From Acidobacteriota bacterium (GTDB lineage Bacteria; Acidobacteriota; Thermoanaerobaculia; Gp7-AA8): a stretch of DNA of 64,000 nucleotides. Positions within the stretch are counted from its first letter, which is position 1, and each line of letters begins with the position of its first letter. The translations under genes and the position numbers were made by a program. A model generated the notes under the pieces. The model had not been told where the DNA came from. It did no database searches and saw only the letters and a list, made by a program, of their open reading frames with translations. Shown here in pieces: positions 9,462 to 18,138 of the stretch. The stretch is taken from assembly GCA_019244185.1 (NCBI GenBank), contig JAFATB010000014.1:576001-640000 (forward strand). The letters are read 5' to 3'.

Positions 9462-12400
9462 CTACTGCGCCGGGATGTAAGTCGGTGCCTGCGTCTGCAT
9501 GTCGACCACCGAGCCGTACGCGGTGACGCGGCCGTCGCCGTCGACGACGCGAACGGTGATGCGCGCGTTGTAGATGTTGTCGAGCCCGAAGCTGGTGAGG
9601 ATCGGGATCTGCGTCGACTGGAACGGCGCGAGCGGCACGGTGACGACCGGCGTGATCTTCGAGTCGGGCAGCACGACGGAGACTTCGACCGTCGCGGCGT
9701 GACCGGTGACTTCCGCGAGTCCGAGGTTCGTGCGATAGCGCACCGATTGCTCGGCCTGCAGGATCTGCAGCGTGCGCTCGCCGCTGCCGACCGCTTCGCT
9801 CGGGGTGACGGCGGGGATGAGCTGGCCGAGCGTGCCGCCGGCGGTCTCGTCGTACGTGCGGCCGGTGACGATGAGCGGCGCCGGCGCCGGCGTCGTCACA
9901 TGCACGGCGCCGCCGATGTTCGCGACGCCGAAGAAGGACTGCAGCACGTCGTCGAGCGCTTTCACTTCACCAGGATTCACGGTGAGCGTCTGCGAGGACG
10001 GCGGCGCCGCGGGATCGTTCGGGAAGAACGTGAGCGTCGCCGGCTGCGGCTGCATGCTGCTGTTGAAGATGCGCAGGTCGGTGCGCCAGTGCGCGATGCC
10101 GGTGTCGAGGTTCGCGACGCCGGGCACGATGAAGCGCGTGGCGCCGTCGCTGCCGAGGCGGACGCCGCTCGCGAGCATCGGATCGTTGCTGGCGTTGTCG
10201 ATGACGGACGCGTACGCGGTGACGAGTCCCTCGCCGTCGGTGACCTGCACTTCGACGTGGCCGTTCGCGAGTGAGAGATTGTTTGCGGCGAGGAAGCCGT
10301 TGAGTTGGCGCTGCTCGCCTGCGTTGAGCGAGACCGGAACCTCGAGCAGGCGGTTGCCGCTGCCGTCGAAGACGCTGACGAGGACGTTCGCGGGTTTGCC
10401 GGCGGATTCGACGAGGCCGAGGTTCGTGCGGTAGCTCCCGTTCTGCGCGATCTGCTGCAGCGCGAGGATCGAATGCGTCGCGGCGCCGATGAAGTCGCGG
10501 AAGGGAACCGCGGGGATGAACTGGCCGAGCGTGCCGCCGCTGGCGAGGTTGTACGTACGGCTGGAGACGATTGCGCCGAGCGCGGCGTCGGCGGACAGCG
10601 GCTCGATGACGAGCGTGCCGTTCGACGAATCGCCGAGCGAGCCGATGCCGTACCAGTTGCGCACGATGTCGTCGAGCGCCATCGTCGCGCCGGCATCGAC
10701 GGTGACGATCGTTTCGCGGACGCCGTCGGACGGATCGCCGGTGCCGCGATTGAACGAGAGCCGGAACTGCTGTGCGAGCGCGCCGGTGTTCGCGAGCCGC
10801 ACGTCGCTCTGCCAGTTCGAGTTGACGCCGGCGAGATGGCCGACCGCGGGAATCACGAGTGCGTTGCTGCCTGGAGTCGTGAGCGGCGCGGGATCGACTG
10901 GCGTGACGAGGCTGATCGAGATCGGGATCGAAAGCGTGGTCGAGCCTTGCGACGTCAGGCGGTCGTTCACGCGGACGTCTCCGTAGACGACGAAGATCGT
11001 GCCGGTCCACGTGCCGTTGGGCAGTGACGTCGGATCGGCGGAGATCGTGAGCAGGAGTCCGTCGGGCGTGATGATGCCAGACGTCGGCGTCACGGAAAGC
11101 CACGGCTTGTCGACGGTGGCGATGAACGACGTGCTGCCGGCGGGGAGGCCAGGCACGAAGACCTGGAACGTCACCGCGTGCGTGCTGCCGGCGGGCGCGA
11201 CGACGCTGTGATCGACGCCGCGCGGATCGGGCAGCGGAACGATGACGATGCTCGACGCCGCGGAGAATCCGGCGCTCTGGCCGCACGCGGCGACCCCGCG
11301 CACGCGGTAGAAGAAGCGTTTGGCCTGATCGACGTTCTTCGTGAACGCGCGCGTGTTGCCTTGGACAGTGAACGTGACTGCATCGTCGAACGAATCGCTC
11401 GTCGCTTCCTGCAGTTCGAACGTCGCGCTGCTGTCGGTCGAACTCCACGTGACGTTGTACGTCTGGCCCGTCGTCGCTTCGCCGACGACGCTGACGACCG
11501 GCTTCGGCGGCGTGTTGCAGACGACGAACGGCGACGGCGTCGACGTGATCGAGCCGCAGCCGCTGTCGCCGATCGCGGTGACGCGCGCCGTGTAGGCGCC
11601 ATTCGGCAGCGCGGCGGTGACGAACGGATCGAACGTCGTGAGTACGATCGGAGCGCCGCTGCCCTGAATCGTGACGGTGTAGCTCGTCGCGGCGGCGACG
11701 GGAGTCCAGCGGAACGTGACCGGCGACGTCACCACTGCATCGGCGGCGGGGCTGGTGAGCACCGGCACGTCGCTCGGGCACGTGACGATCTGCAGCGTGC
11801 TCGAGCGCGTGTTGTTCGATGCAACGGGATCGGCCTCGGCGCCGGACACCGTGGACGTGTCGACGATGGTCGTGGACGTCGTCGCGGAGACGAGATACGT
11901 CGTCGTGATGACGGTGCTTAGCGTGGCGTTCAACGTGCCGAGGCTGCAGGGATATGGCGTCGTACAGGCGCCGCTGTTCGAGACGAACGTGAGGCCGGCG
12001 GGCGTCGGATCGCTGACGACGACAGCGGTGGCGTTCGCGGGTCCGTTGTTCGTGACGGTGATGGTGAACGTCACGTGGTCGCCGGGCGCGGCCTGGCTTG
12101 GACCGATGCGCGCGATGGCGAGATCGGCGCTCGCCGGCGGAGGCGGCGGGCCGGTGACGGTGGTCGTCGCGGTGCTGCTGTTGTTCGCGCTGTTGGTGTC
12201 GGGCGTGGAACTGCTGACGGTGGCGGTGTTCGCAACCGAGCCGCTCGCGTAGCTCGCCGGCACGTTGTAGGTCGACGTGATCGTCGCGGTCTGACCGGCG
12301 GTGAGCGTGCCGAGGCCGCACGGATACGAGTTCGTGCAGGCGCCGCTGTTCGCAACGAACGTCACGCCGGCCGGCGTCGGATCGTCGACGAAGATGTTGT

Positions 12401-15400
12401 TCGCGGCGAGCGGCCCGTTGTTCGTCACGGTGATCGTGTACGTGACGTTCTGTCCCGCGGTGACGCTGGGCGGGCCGCTCTTGATGAGCGAGAGATCGGC
12501 GTCGTTTGCGGTGGGCGTCACGTGCGTGGTCGCGCTCGCGGAGTCGTTCGAGTTGTCGGGATCGCCGGTCGTGCTCGAGACGGTCGCGGTGTTCGTCACG
12601 TTGCCGTTCAGCGAGACGTCGGAGGAGTAGGTCGAGGTGATCGTCGCCGACTGACCGGCGGTGAGCGTGCCGAGGGTGCAGGGATAGGTGCTCGTGCACG
12701 CGCCGCTGTTCGAGACGAACGTGAGACCGGCGGGGGTCGGATCGCTGACGATGACGTTGTCAGCCGTCGACGGTCCGTTATTCGTCACGGTGATCGTGTA
12801 GGTGATGGGCTGGCCGGCGACGGCGTTCGCGGGGCCGGTCTTGCTGAGGAGCAGATCGGCTTCGGCGATGACGGTCGTGGTCACGCTGTCGGAGTCGTTG
12901 GCGTTGTTCGCGTCGTTGGCGGACGACACCGTCGCGCTATTGGAGACGTTGCCGCCGCTCGCCGGCGCGGTCATCGAAATCGTGAGCGTCGGGAACTGCG
13001 CGGCGTTCGCTATCGACGACGAGGTCGTGCACGTAATCGTGGTCGTCGCGGCGCCGCAGCTCCAGCCGCTGCCGTTCGCGCTGACGCCGGTGGCGCCGAT
13101 CGGCAGCGTGTCGACGACAGTGATCGTGCCGCTGGTCGTGTCGGGACCGTTGTTCGTGATGGTGATGTCGTAGCTGAGCGGCGCGGCGGCGGTGACCGAC
13201 GCGGGACCGCTCATGCTCATCGCGAGATCGGCGCTGCTCGGCGTCACGACGGCGGTGAGCACGAGCGACGTCGGCGTGTAGTTCGACGTGATCGAGCCGT
13301 GCCCGCTCGCGTAGGTCGGGTAGTTCCGCGTGGCGAAGTCGCCGCTGCGCGACGCGAAGGTCAACACTGTAAACGTCTGGGCGTTGGCCGGCTCGTAGCC
13401 GCCGATGAGCGTGACGTCGTGCGTGCCGTCGAGCGTGGCCGAGCCGGAGACGGCCAGCACGTCGTACGACGCCGCGGAGGCGAGCTTCGTCGTCAGCGTG
13501 CCGCCGCTTTGCTGCGTGTAGCTGCCGGTGACGTTGATCGTGCCGGTGCTGCCGGTGTCGCCCGGCGCGACGTCGCCGCCGTTGTCGACGTCGCCGTCGA
13601 TCGTGCCGCTGCCGGTGAGCGAGCCGCCGCTCATCGCGAGCGACGACGCGACTTCGATGTCGCCGCCGTCGAGCGTGGTCGTGCCGCCGGATTGATCGTA
13701 CGTCGAGAGGAAGTTCAGCGTGCCGCTCGAGGCGAGGACCGTCCCGTCGTTGGAGAACGCGGCCTCGATGTCGCTCGTGCCGCCGCCACCGCTCTTCTCG
13801 AACGTCGCGCCGCTGTTGTTGTCGATCTCGCTGGCGAACGACACGAGATCGGCGGCGAGGCCGCGGTCGTGGTGCCGCGCACGCGCGGCGGCGGACGCTT
13901 CGTTCGCGACGCGCGCGGCGATCGGCGTCACGGCGCTCGCGTGGATGGCCTGGTCGGCCTGGATGTCGAAGGTGCCGTAGTTGTCGACGAGCGCCGCGTT
14001 CGCGAACGTGAGGCTATTCGTCGTGGCCGTGTACTGCACCGTACCGTCGTTGCGGAAGTAGAGTCCGTCGAGCGTGACGTCGGCGTTCGCGGCGTCGATG
14101 ACGAACGTGGCGTTCGTGCCGACGGTGACGCTGCCGCTGCCGTCGAGCGTGCCGGCCGACCACGTGCCGCTGCCGGTGATCGTCAGCGCGTCGTTGAGCG
14201 GCACGGTCGTGCTGCCGCCGTCGAACGTGAAGACGTTCGTGCGCGCATCATCCGCGAACGTCACGCTGCCGCCGCGCACCTCGGTCGTCCCGCCGACGTC
14301 GAAGTAGCCGTTGATACTCGCCGTGCCGCGGAACGTCAGCGTGCCGTCGCCGCCGAACGAGGAGCTGTTGGTGAACGTGTCGCTGCCGGTGAAGACCAGC
14401 GCATTGCCGCTGCCGAACGCGTTGAAGGAGCCGTTGTGCGTGCCGCCGCCGTCGAACTGCAGCGTGCCGCTGAAGGTGTATGCAGTGGCGTTGTTGTCGA
14501 GCGGCGGAGCGATGGTCATCGTGCCGGAGCCGCCGCTCTTTTCGAGGACGCCATTCGGCGCGACGAGGAACTTCGCGGGCGTCGTGCCGGCGATCGTGCC
14601 GTCGGTCTCGACGTCGAACGTGCCGTAGTCGGCGAAGAGCGCGCCGTTCGCGAGCTGCAGCGGATTGGGGCTCGGCTGGTAGTCGATGACGCCGTAGTTG
14701 TTGAAGGTCTTGTTGTCGAGCACCATCGTGCCCGCGGTGCCGTAGAAATCGGCGCTGCCGGTGCCCGCGAGCTCCGCGGTGCCGCTGCCGGTGAGCGTGC
14801 CGCCGCGCCAGTCGAAGAAGTTCGTGACCGACAGAAACCCGGCGCCGGTGAGCGTGCCCGCGGTCATGTGCAGTTGATCGGGTTGCGTGACGCCGCCGGC
14901 GGAGAGCGTGCCGCCGCTGATCGAGAGCGTGCCGCTGCCGTTGATGATGCCGTTCGGCGTCGTCGTGTATGTGCCAGACGGGAAGTCGAGCGTCGCACCG
15001 TTGGCGAGGCTGAACGGGCCGTCGCCCGTGCCGCCGCCCGACAGCGACAGCTGCCCGGAGCTCACCGTGACGCTTCCCGTGCTGCCGACATTGAACGCGG
15101 CGCTGACGTTGTTCGTACCGTTCGCCTGCGCGATGCCGTTGTTCGTGACGCTGCTGCTGCCATCGATCGTGCCGCCGTTCAAATCGAGCGTCGCGCCGTT
15201 CTGGATCGTGAGGCCGGAGTTCACGGTCAGCCGGCCGCCGCTCATCGTGAGCGTGCCGCCGCTGAGGCTCTGCGCGGAGCTCAGCGTGGCGTGACCGCCG
15301 CTCTGCACGTCGATGCTGCCGCTCGTGAGGGCGAGCGTTGCGCCGCTCTGGAGGGTGAGGTTGCCGACGTTTGCGATCGTGAGCGTGCCGCCGCTGACTT

Positions 15401-15755
15401 GCAACGTGGCGCCGCTGCCGATGCTGGCACCGCCCGCCAGCGTCAGCGAGCCGCCGGGCTGCACGTCGATGACGCAGCCGGCGCAGTTCAGGTTGAGACC
15501 GATGATCGGGTTCGGGATGGAGCTGTTGACGACGATCGTCGTCGGCGAGGAAGGGACGACCTGCACGGCATCCCCCGGCGCGCAGCCCGGGAAGCCGCCG
15601 TTCGGCGTCCAGTACGTCGTGTCGGTCCAGTTCGCCGTGGGAGGTGGCGTGCCGGAGCGGCTGTAGATGGTGGGAACGCAGAACGCGGCGGCGATCGCGG
15701 CGAGCATCAACGACGCGAGGGTGATGCCGGCTGAAACGTAAACCTTCCTCGACAT
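9462..15755 (-). CDS. Large secreted surface protein: beta-helix passenger-like region, 4 DUF11 domains, Fn3/BACON-like domains, duplicated C-terminal beta domains
   Basis: Signal peptide; GGTLT-type repeats; four ADL...YTITVTNNGP units; paired W(Q/R)(S/T)D(V/L)R and YRTNLGL domains at the C-terminus. Confidence 0.85.
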   Translation of the reverse strand: MSRKVYVSAGITLASLMLAAIAAAFCVPTIYSRSGTPPPTANWTDTTYWTPNGGFPGCAPGDAVQVVPSSPTTIVVNSSIPNPIIGLNLNCAGCVIDVQPGGSLTLAGGASIGSGATLQVSGGTLTIANVGNLTLQSGATLALTSGSIDVQSGGHATLSSAQSLSGGTLTMSGGRLTVNSGLTIQNGATLDLNGGTIDGSSSVTNNGIAQANGTNNVSAAFNVGSTGSVTVSSGQLSLSGGGTGDGPFSLANGATLDFPSGTYTTTPNGIINGSGTLSISGGTLSAGGVTQPDQLHMTAGTLTGAGFLSVTNFFDWRGGTLTGSGTAELAGTGSADFYGTAGTMVLDNKTFNNYGVIDYQPSPNPLQLANGALFADYGTFDVETDGTIAGTTPAKFLVAPNGVLEKSGGSGTMTIAPPLDNNATAYTFSGTLQFDGGGTHNGSFNAFGSGNALVFTGSDTFTNSSSFGGDGTLTFRGTASINGYFDVGGTTEVRGGSVTFADDARTNVFTFDGGSTTVPLNDALTITGSGTWSAGTLDGSGSVTVGTNATFVIDAANADVTLDGLYFRNDGTVQYTATTNSLTFANAALVDNYGTFDIQADQAIHASAVTPIAARVANEASAAARARHHDRGLAADLVSFASEIDNNSGATFEKSGGGGTSDIEAAFSNDGTVLASSGTLNFLSTYDQSGGTTTLDGGDIEVASSLAMSGGSLTGSGTIDGDVDNGGDVAPGDTGSTGTINVTGSYTQQSGGTLTTKLASAASYDVLAVSGSATLDGTHDVTLIGGYEPANAQTFTVLTFASRSGDFATRNYPTYASGHGSITSNYTPTSLVLTAVVTPSSADLAMSMSGPASVTAAAPLSYDITITNNGPDTTSGTITVVDTLPIGATGVSANGSGWSCGAATTTITCTTSSSIANAAQFPTLTISMTAPASGGNVSNSATVSSANDANNANDSDSVTTTVIAEADLLLSKTGPANAVAGQPITYTITVTNNGPSTADNVIVSDPTPAGLTFVSNSGACTSTYPCTLGTLTAGQSATITSTYSSDVSLNGNVTNTATVSSTTGDPDNSNDSASATTHVTPTANDADLSLIKSGPPSVTAGQNVTYTITVTNNGPLAANNIFVDDPTPAGVTFVANSGACTNSYPCGLGTLTAGQTATITSTYNVPASYASGSVANTATVSSSTPDTNSANNSSTATTTVTGPPPPPASADLAIARIGPSQAAPGDHVTFTITVTNNGPANATAVVVSDPTPAGLTFVSNSGACTTPYPCSLGTLNATLSTVITTTYLVSATTSTTIVDTSTVSGAEADPVASNNTRSSTLQIVTCPSDVPVLTSPAADAVVTSPVTFRWTPVAAATSYTVTIQGSGAPIVLTTFDPFVTAALPNGAYTARVTAIGDSGCGSITSTPSPFVVCNTPPKPVVSVVGEATTGQTYNVTWSSTDSSATFELQEATSDSFDDAVTFTVQGNTRAFTKNVDQAKRFFYRVRGVAACGQSAGFSAASSIVIVPLPDPRGVDHSVVAPAGSTHAVTFQVFVPGLPAGSTSFIATVDKPWLSVTPTSGIITPDGLLLTISADPTSLPNGTWTGTIFVVYGDVRVNDRLTSQGSTTLSIPISISLVTPVDPAPLTTPGSNALVIPAVGHLAGVNSNWQSDVRLANTGALAQQFRLSFNRGTGDPSDGVRETIVTVDAGATMALDDIVRNWYGIGSLGDSSNGTLVIEPLSADAALGAIVSSRTYNLASGGTLGQFIPAVPFRDFIGAATHSILALQQIAQNGSYRTNLGLVESAGKPANVLVSVFDGSGNRLLEVPVSLNAGEQRQLNGFLAANNLSLANGHVEVQVTDGEGLVTAYASVIDNASNDPMLASGVRLGSDGATRFIVPGVANLDTGIAHWRTDLRIFNSSMQPQPATLTFFPNDPAAPPSSQTLTVNPGEVKALDDVLQSFFGVANIGGAVHVTTPAPAPLIVTGRTYDETAGGTLGQLIPAVTPSEAVGSGERTLQILQAEQSVRYRTNLGLAEVTGHAATVEVSVVLPDSKITPVVTVPLAPFQSTQIPILTSFGLDNIYNARITVRVVDGDGRVTAYGSVVDMQTQAPTYIPAQ

Positions 15756-15861
15756 GGCTGAGCTCCTTCCGGGTCGAATGGCGGCAACGATGTGCGGAGG
15801 GGACCGGCCGCGAATCTATCACACGCAATGTGGCAGCCCGGTTGCAGTTGAGCGACGCATC

Positions 15862-17127
15862 ATGTCCCGCTCCGCGGCCGTTGCCACTCTCGCGTTTCTC
15901 CTTGCAGTTCCGGCACTTGCGGCAACGCGGATGACCTACGACATCCACGGCACGCCGACGCCCATCGAGTGGTCGCCGACGGCCTTTCCGCTCCCGTACA
16001 CGATCGATCAGCGTGTGGTGCAGGCCGACGCCGACGCGCCGGCGATCATCGACCGCGCGTTCGCGGCGTGGGCCGCGGTTCCCGACGCGCAGCTCTCGTT
16101 CCAGTCGCGCGGGACGACCAGCGGCTCGCTCACGCGCACCGCGGGCGGCGTGACCATCTCGCTCGCCGACGATCTCTTCCGCGATCAAGGCGCGCTCGCG
16201 TTGACGACGTACACCTTCGGCGACGACGGACGCTACGTCGACGCCGCGATCCAGATCGATCCGTCGCTCTTCCACGGCAACTGGAACGCGCAAATGGCGA
16301 TCGAGCACGAAGTCGGTCACGTCCTCGGACTCGATCACTCCGGCGTGCTCTCCGCGATCATGTATCCGTACGTCGCGACGGGAGCCGGTGCGCCGGTGCT
16401 CGACAGCGACGACCGCATCGCCATCGTGACGACGTATCCGAAGAGCGATCAGGTGCGCGACGGCGCGACGCTCGAAGGCCGCGTGGTCGGTGACGGCGGC
16501 GGCATCTTCGGCGCGCAGGTCGTCGCCCTCAACACGCACGGCGAGCCGGTCGCGACGGTGCTCACGGACGCCTCGGGCGATTTCACGATCGCCGGCATTC
16601 CGGAAGGACGTTACCGCCTCTATGCGGAACCGCTCGACGGGCCGATGCTGCCCGACTCGCTCCAGGGCTCGTGGCGGCAGGCGAAGGCGAACGCGTTCCC
16701 GACGAAGTTCTTCGACGGCGGTGCGATGGACGTCCAGAACGGACGCGTTTACGGCAATCTCATGCTCGGCGCCGCCGGTGTCTCACAGCTCAACCCGCGC
16801 TGGGTCGGCTGCACGAAGCCGGACGCGAACGCGATCAGCCTCTCCAGCGCGCCGGTCAGCGTGAAGCCGGGGGATACGTTCCGGCTCGCGGTCGGCGGCG
16901 ACGGCTTCACCAGCGGCATGACGCAGTTCGAAGTGACGAACCCCGCGTTCCGCCGCACCTCGGATTTCTCGTGGCAGTCGAACTACATGACCGCGACGTT
17001 CACGGTCGATCGCGACGCGGAGCCGGGCTCGGCGGTCATCCTCGTGAGCAGCGGCAACGAGACGGCGACGCTCACGGGCGCGCTGCGGATCGAGGGTCTG
17101 ACGAAAGCGCGTTCCGTAAGGCATTGA
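15862..17127 (+). CDS. Secreted matrixin/M10-like zinc metalloprotease with carboxypeptidase-regulatory-like domain; C-terminal KARSVRH
   Basis: HEVGHVLGLDH plus Met-turn AIMYP; signal peptide from ATG 15862. Confidence 0.9.
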   Translation: MSRSAAVATLAFLLAVPALAATRMTYDIHGTPTPIEWSPTAFPLPYTIDQRVVQADADAPAIIDRAFAAWAAVPDAQLSFQSRGTTSGSLTRTAGGVTISLADDLFRDQGALALTTYTFGDDGRYVDAAIQIDPSLFHGNWNAQMAIEHEVGHVLGLDHSGVLSAIMYPYVATGAGAPVLDSDDRIAIVTTYPKSDQVRDGATLEGRVVGDGGGIFGAQVVALNTHGEPVATVLTDASGDFTIAGIPEGRYRLYAEPLDGPMLPDSLQGSWRQAKANAFPTKFFDGGAMDVQNGRVYGNLMLGAAGVSQLNPRWVGCTKPDANAISLSSAPVSVKPGDTFRLAVGGDGFTSGMTQFEVTNPAFRRTSDFSWQSNYMTATFTVDRDAEPGSAVILVSSGNETATLTGALRIEGLTKARSVRH

Positions 17128-18100
17128 TCGCGGCATCGTCGTCCGGCAGCAGCGCGAGCCCATCGATCGTCTTGCGGATGCCTGCGAGGCCGTTCGCGAC
17201 GCGCGGCGTCTTCAGCGTCACCAGCCACCGCGGCTCTTCGAGCATCGCCACCTTCAGCACGCCGCGCCGTTTCCAGTCGCGTTCGCCGCGGATCTCTTCG
17301 ACCGACGCGATCTCTTCGAGCGGAATGGCGACGCTCCAGCGCAAACCGTAACGCAGCGTGAGCGCGTGCTCGTCGAGCGTCGAACGGCGCAGACGCAACG
17401 CGTGGTAGTCGCCGATGAACCAGATCACCGCCCATAGATCGAGCGCCGTCCAGCCCCACGCCGCCTTCGTGCTCCAGCGCGCAAGGAGGAAGTGCATGCC
17501 GAGGCCTTCGAAGGCGATCATCATCAGAATGCAGGCGACGATCGTTCCCCAGCCGCTGCGCTGGTGAAACGTGAGCGTCTGTGCCGGCGTCTCGCGCGGC
17601 TGCTTCCGCCAGCAGAAGAGCGCGTAGTAGAACATCGACATCTCGGACGCGATCGCGTCTCCGATGCGTCCGCCGGCGATCGCATGTGCGGCGGTCGAGA
17701 TGCGCGCGTACGGATCGTCGGTCGCGAAATCGTTCCGGCGCAACGCGGCGACACGACGCACCAGCGCGACGATCACCACGACTTCGACCGCCGACCCGAC
17801 GAACGTGCCGAGCTGATGGAGGAACTGCTGCTCGCCGCGCGGCACGACCAGAGCCGCGATCGCGGAGCCGACGAGGAACACCGGCGCGATCGTCAGCGGC
17901 CGCGCGTGGCCGGTACGGACGACGAAGAACCAGTACAGCAGCGGCAGCGTGATCGTCAGATCGAACGTCACGCCCCACGCGGCAACGTCCGGATTGCGCG
18001 CGAAGAGCGAGGTGTGCACGAGCGTCGCGCACGTCGCAATGACGAGCAGCGCGGCGGCGTAGAAGCGGGCCGAAGGCGAGCGAAGGACCGTGGAGCTCAC
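17072..18100 (-). CDS. Hypothetical multi-pass membrane protein
   Basis: About 6 hydrophobic segments; probable GTG start at 18100 (the longer ORF overlaps the EAL gene); convergent overlap with the protease gene. Confidence 0.7.
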   Translation of the reverse strand: MSSTVLRSPSARFYAAALLVIATCATLVHTSLFARNPDVAAWGVTFDLTITLPLLYWFFVVRTGHARPLTIAPVFLVGSAIAALVVPRGEQQFLHQLGTFVGSAVEVVVIVALVRRVAALRRNDFATDDPYARISTAAHAIAGGRIGDAIASEMSMFYYALFCWRKQPRETPAQTLTFHQRSGWGTIVACILMMIAFEGLGMHFLLARWSTKAAWGWTALDLWAVIWFIGDYHALRLRRSTLDEHALTLRYGLRWSVAIPLEEIASVEEIRGERDWKRRGVLKVAMLEEPRWLVTLKTPRVANGLAGIRKTIDGLALLPDDDAAINALRNALSSDPRSAARP

Positions 18101-18138
18101 AATCAGATGATACGCGGGCGCGTGTGCGAGGTTGCGAA

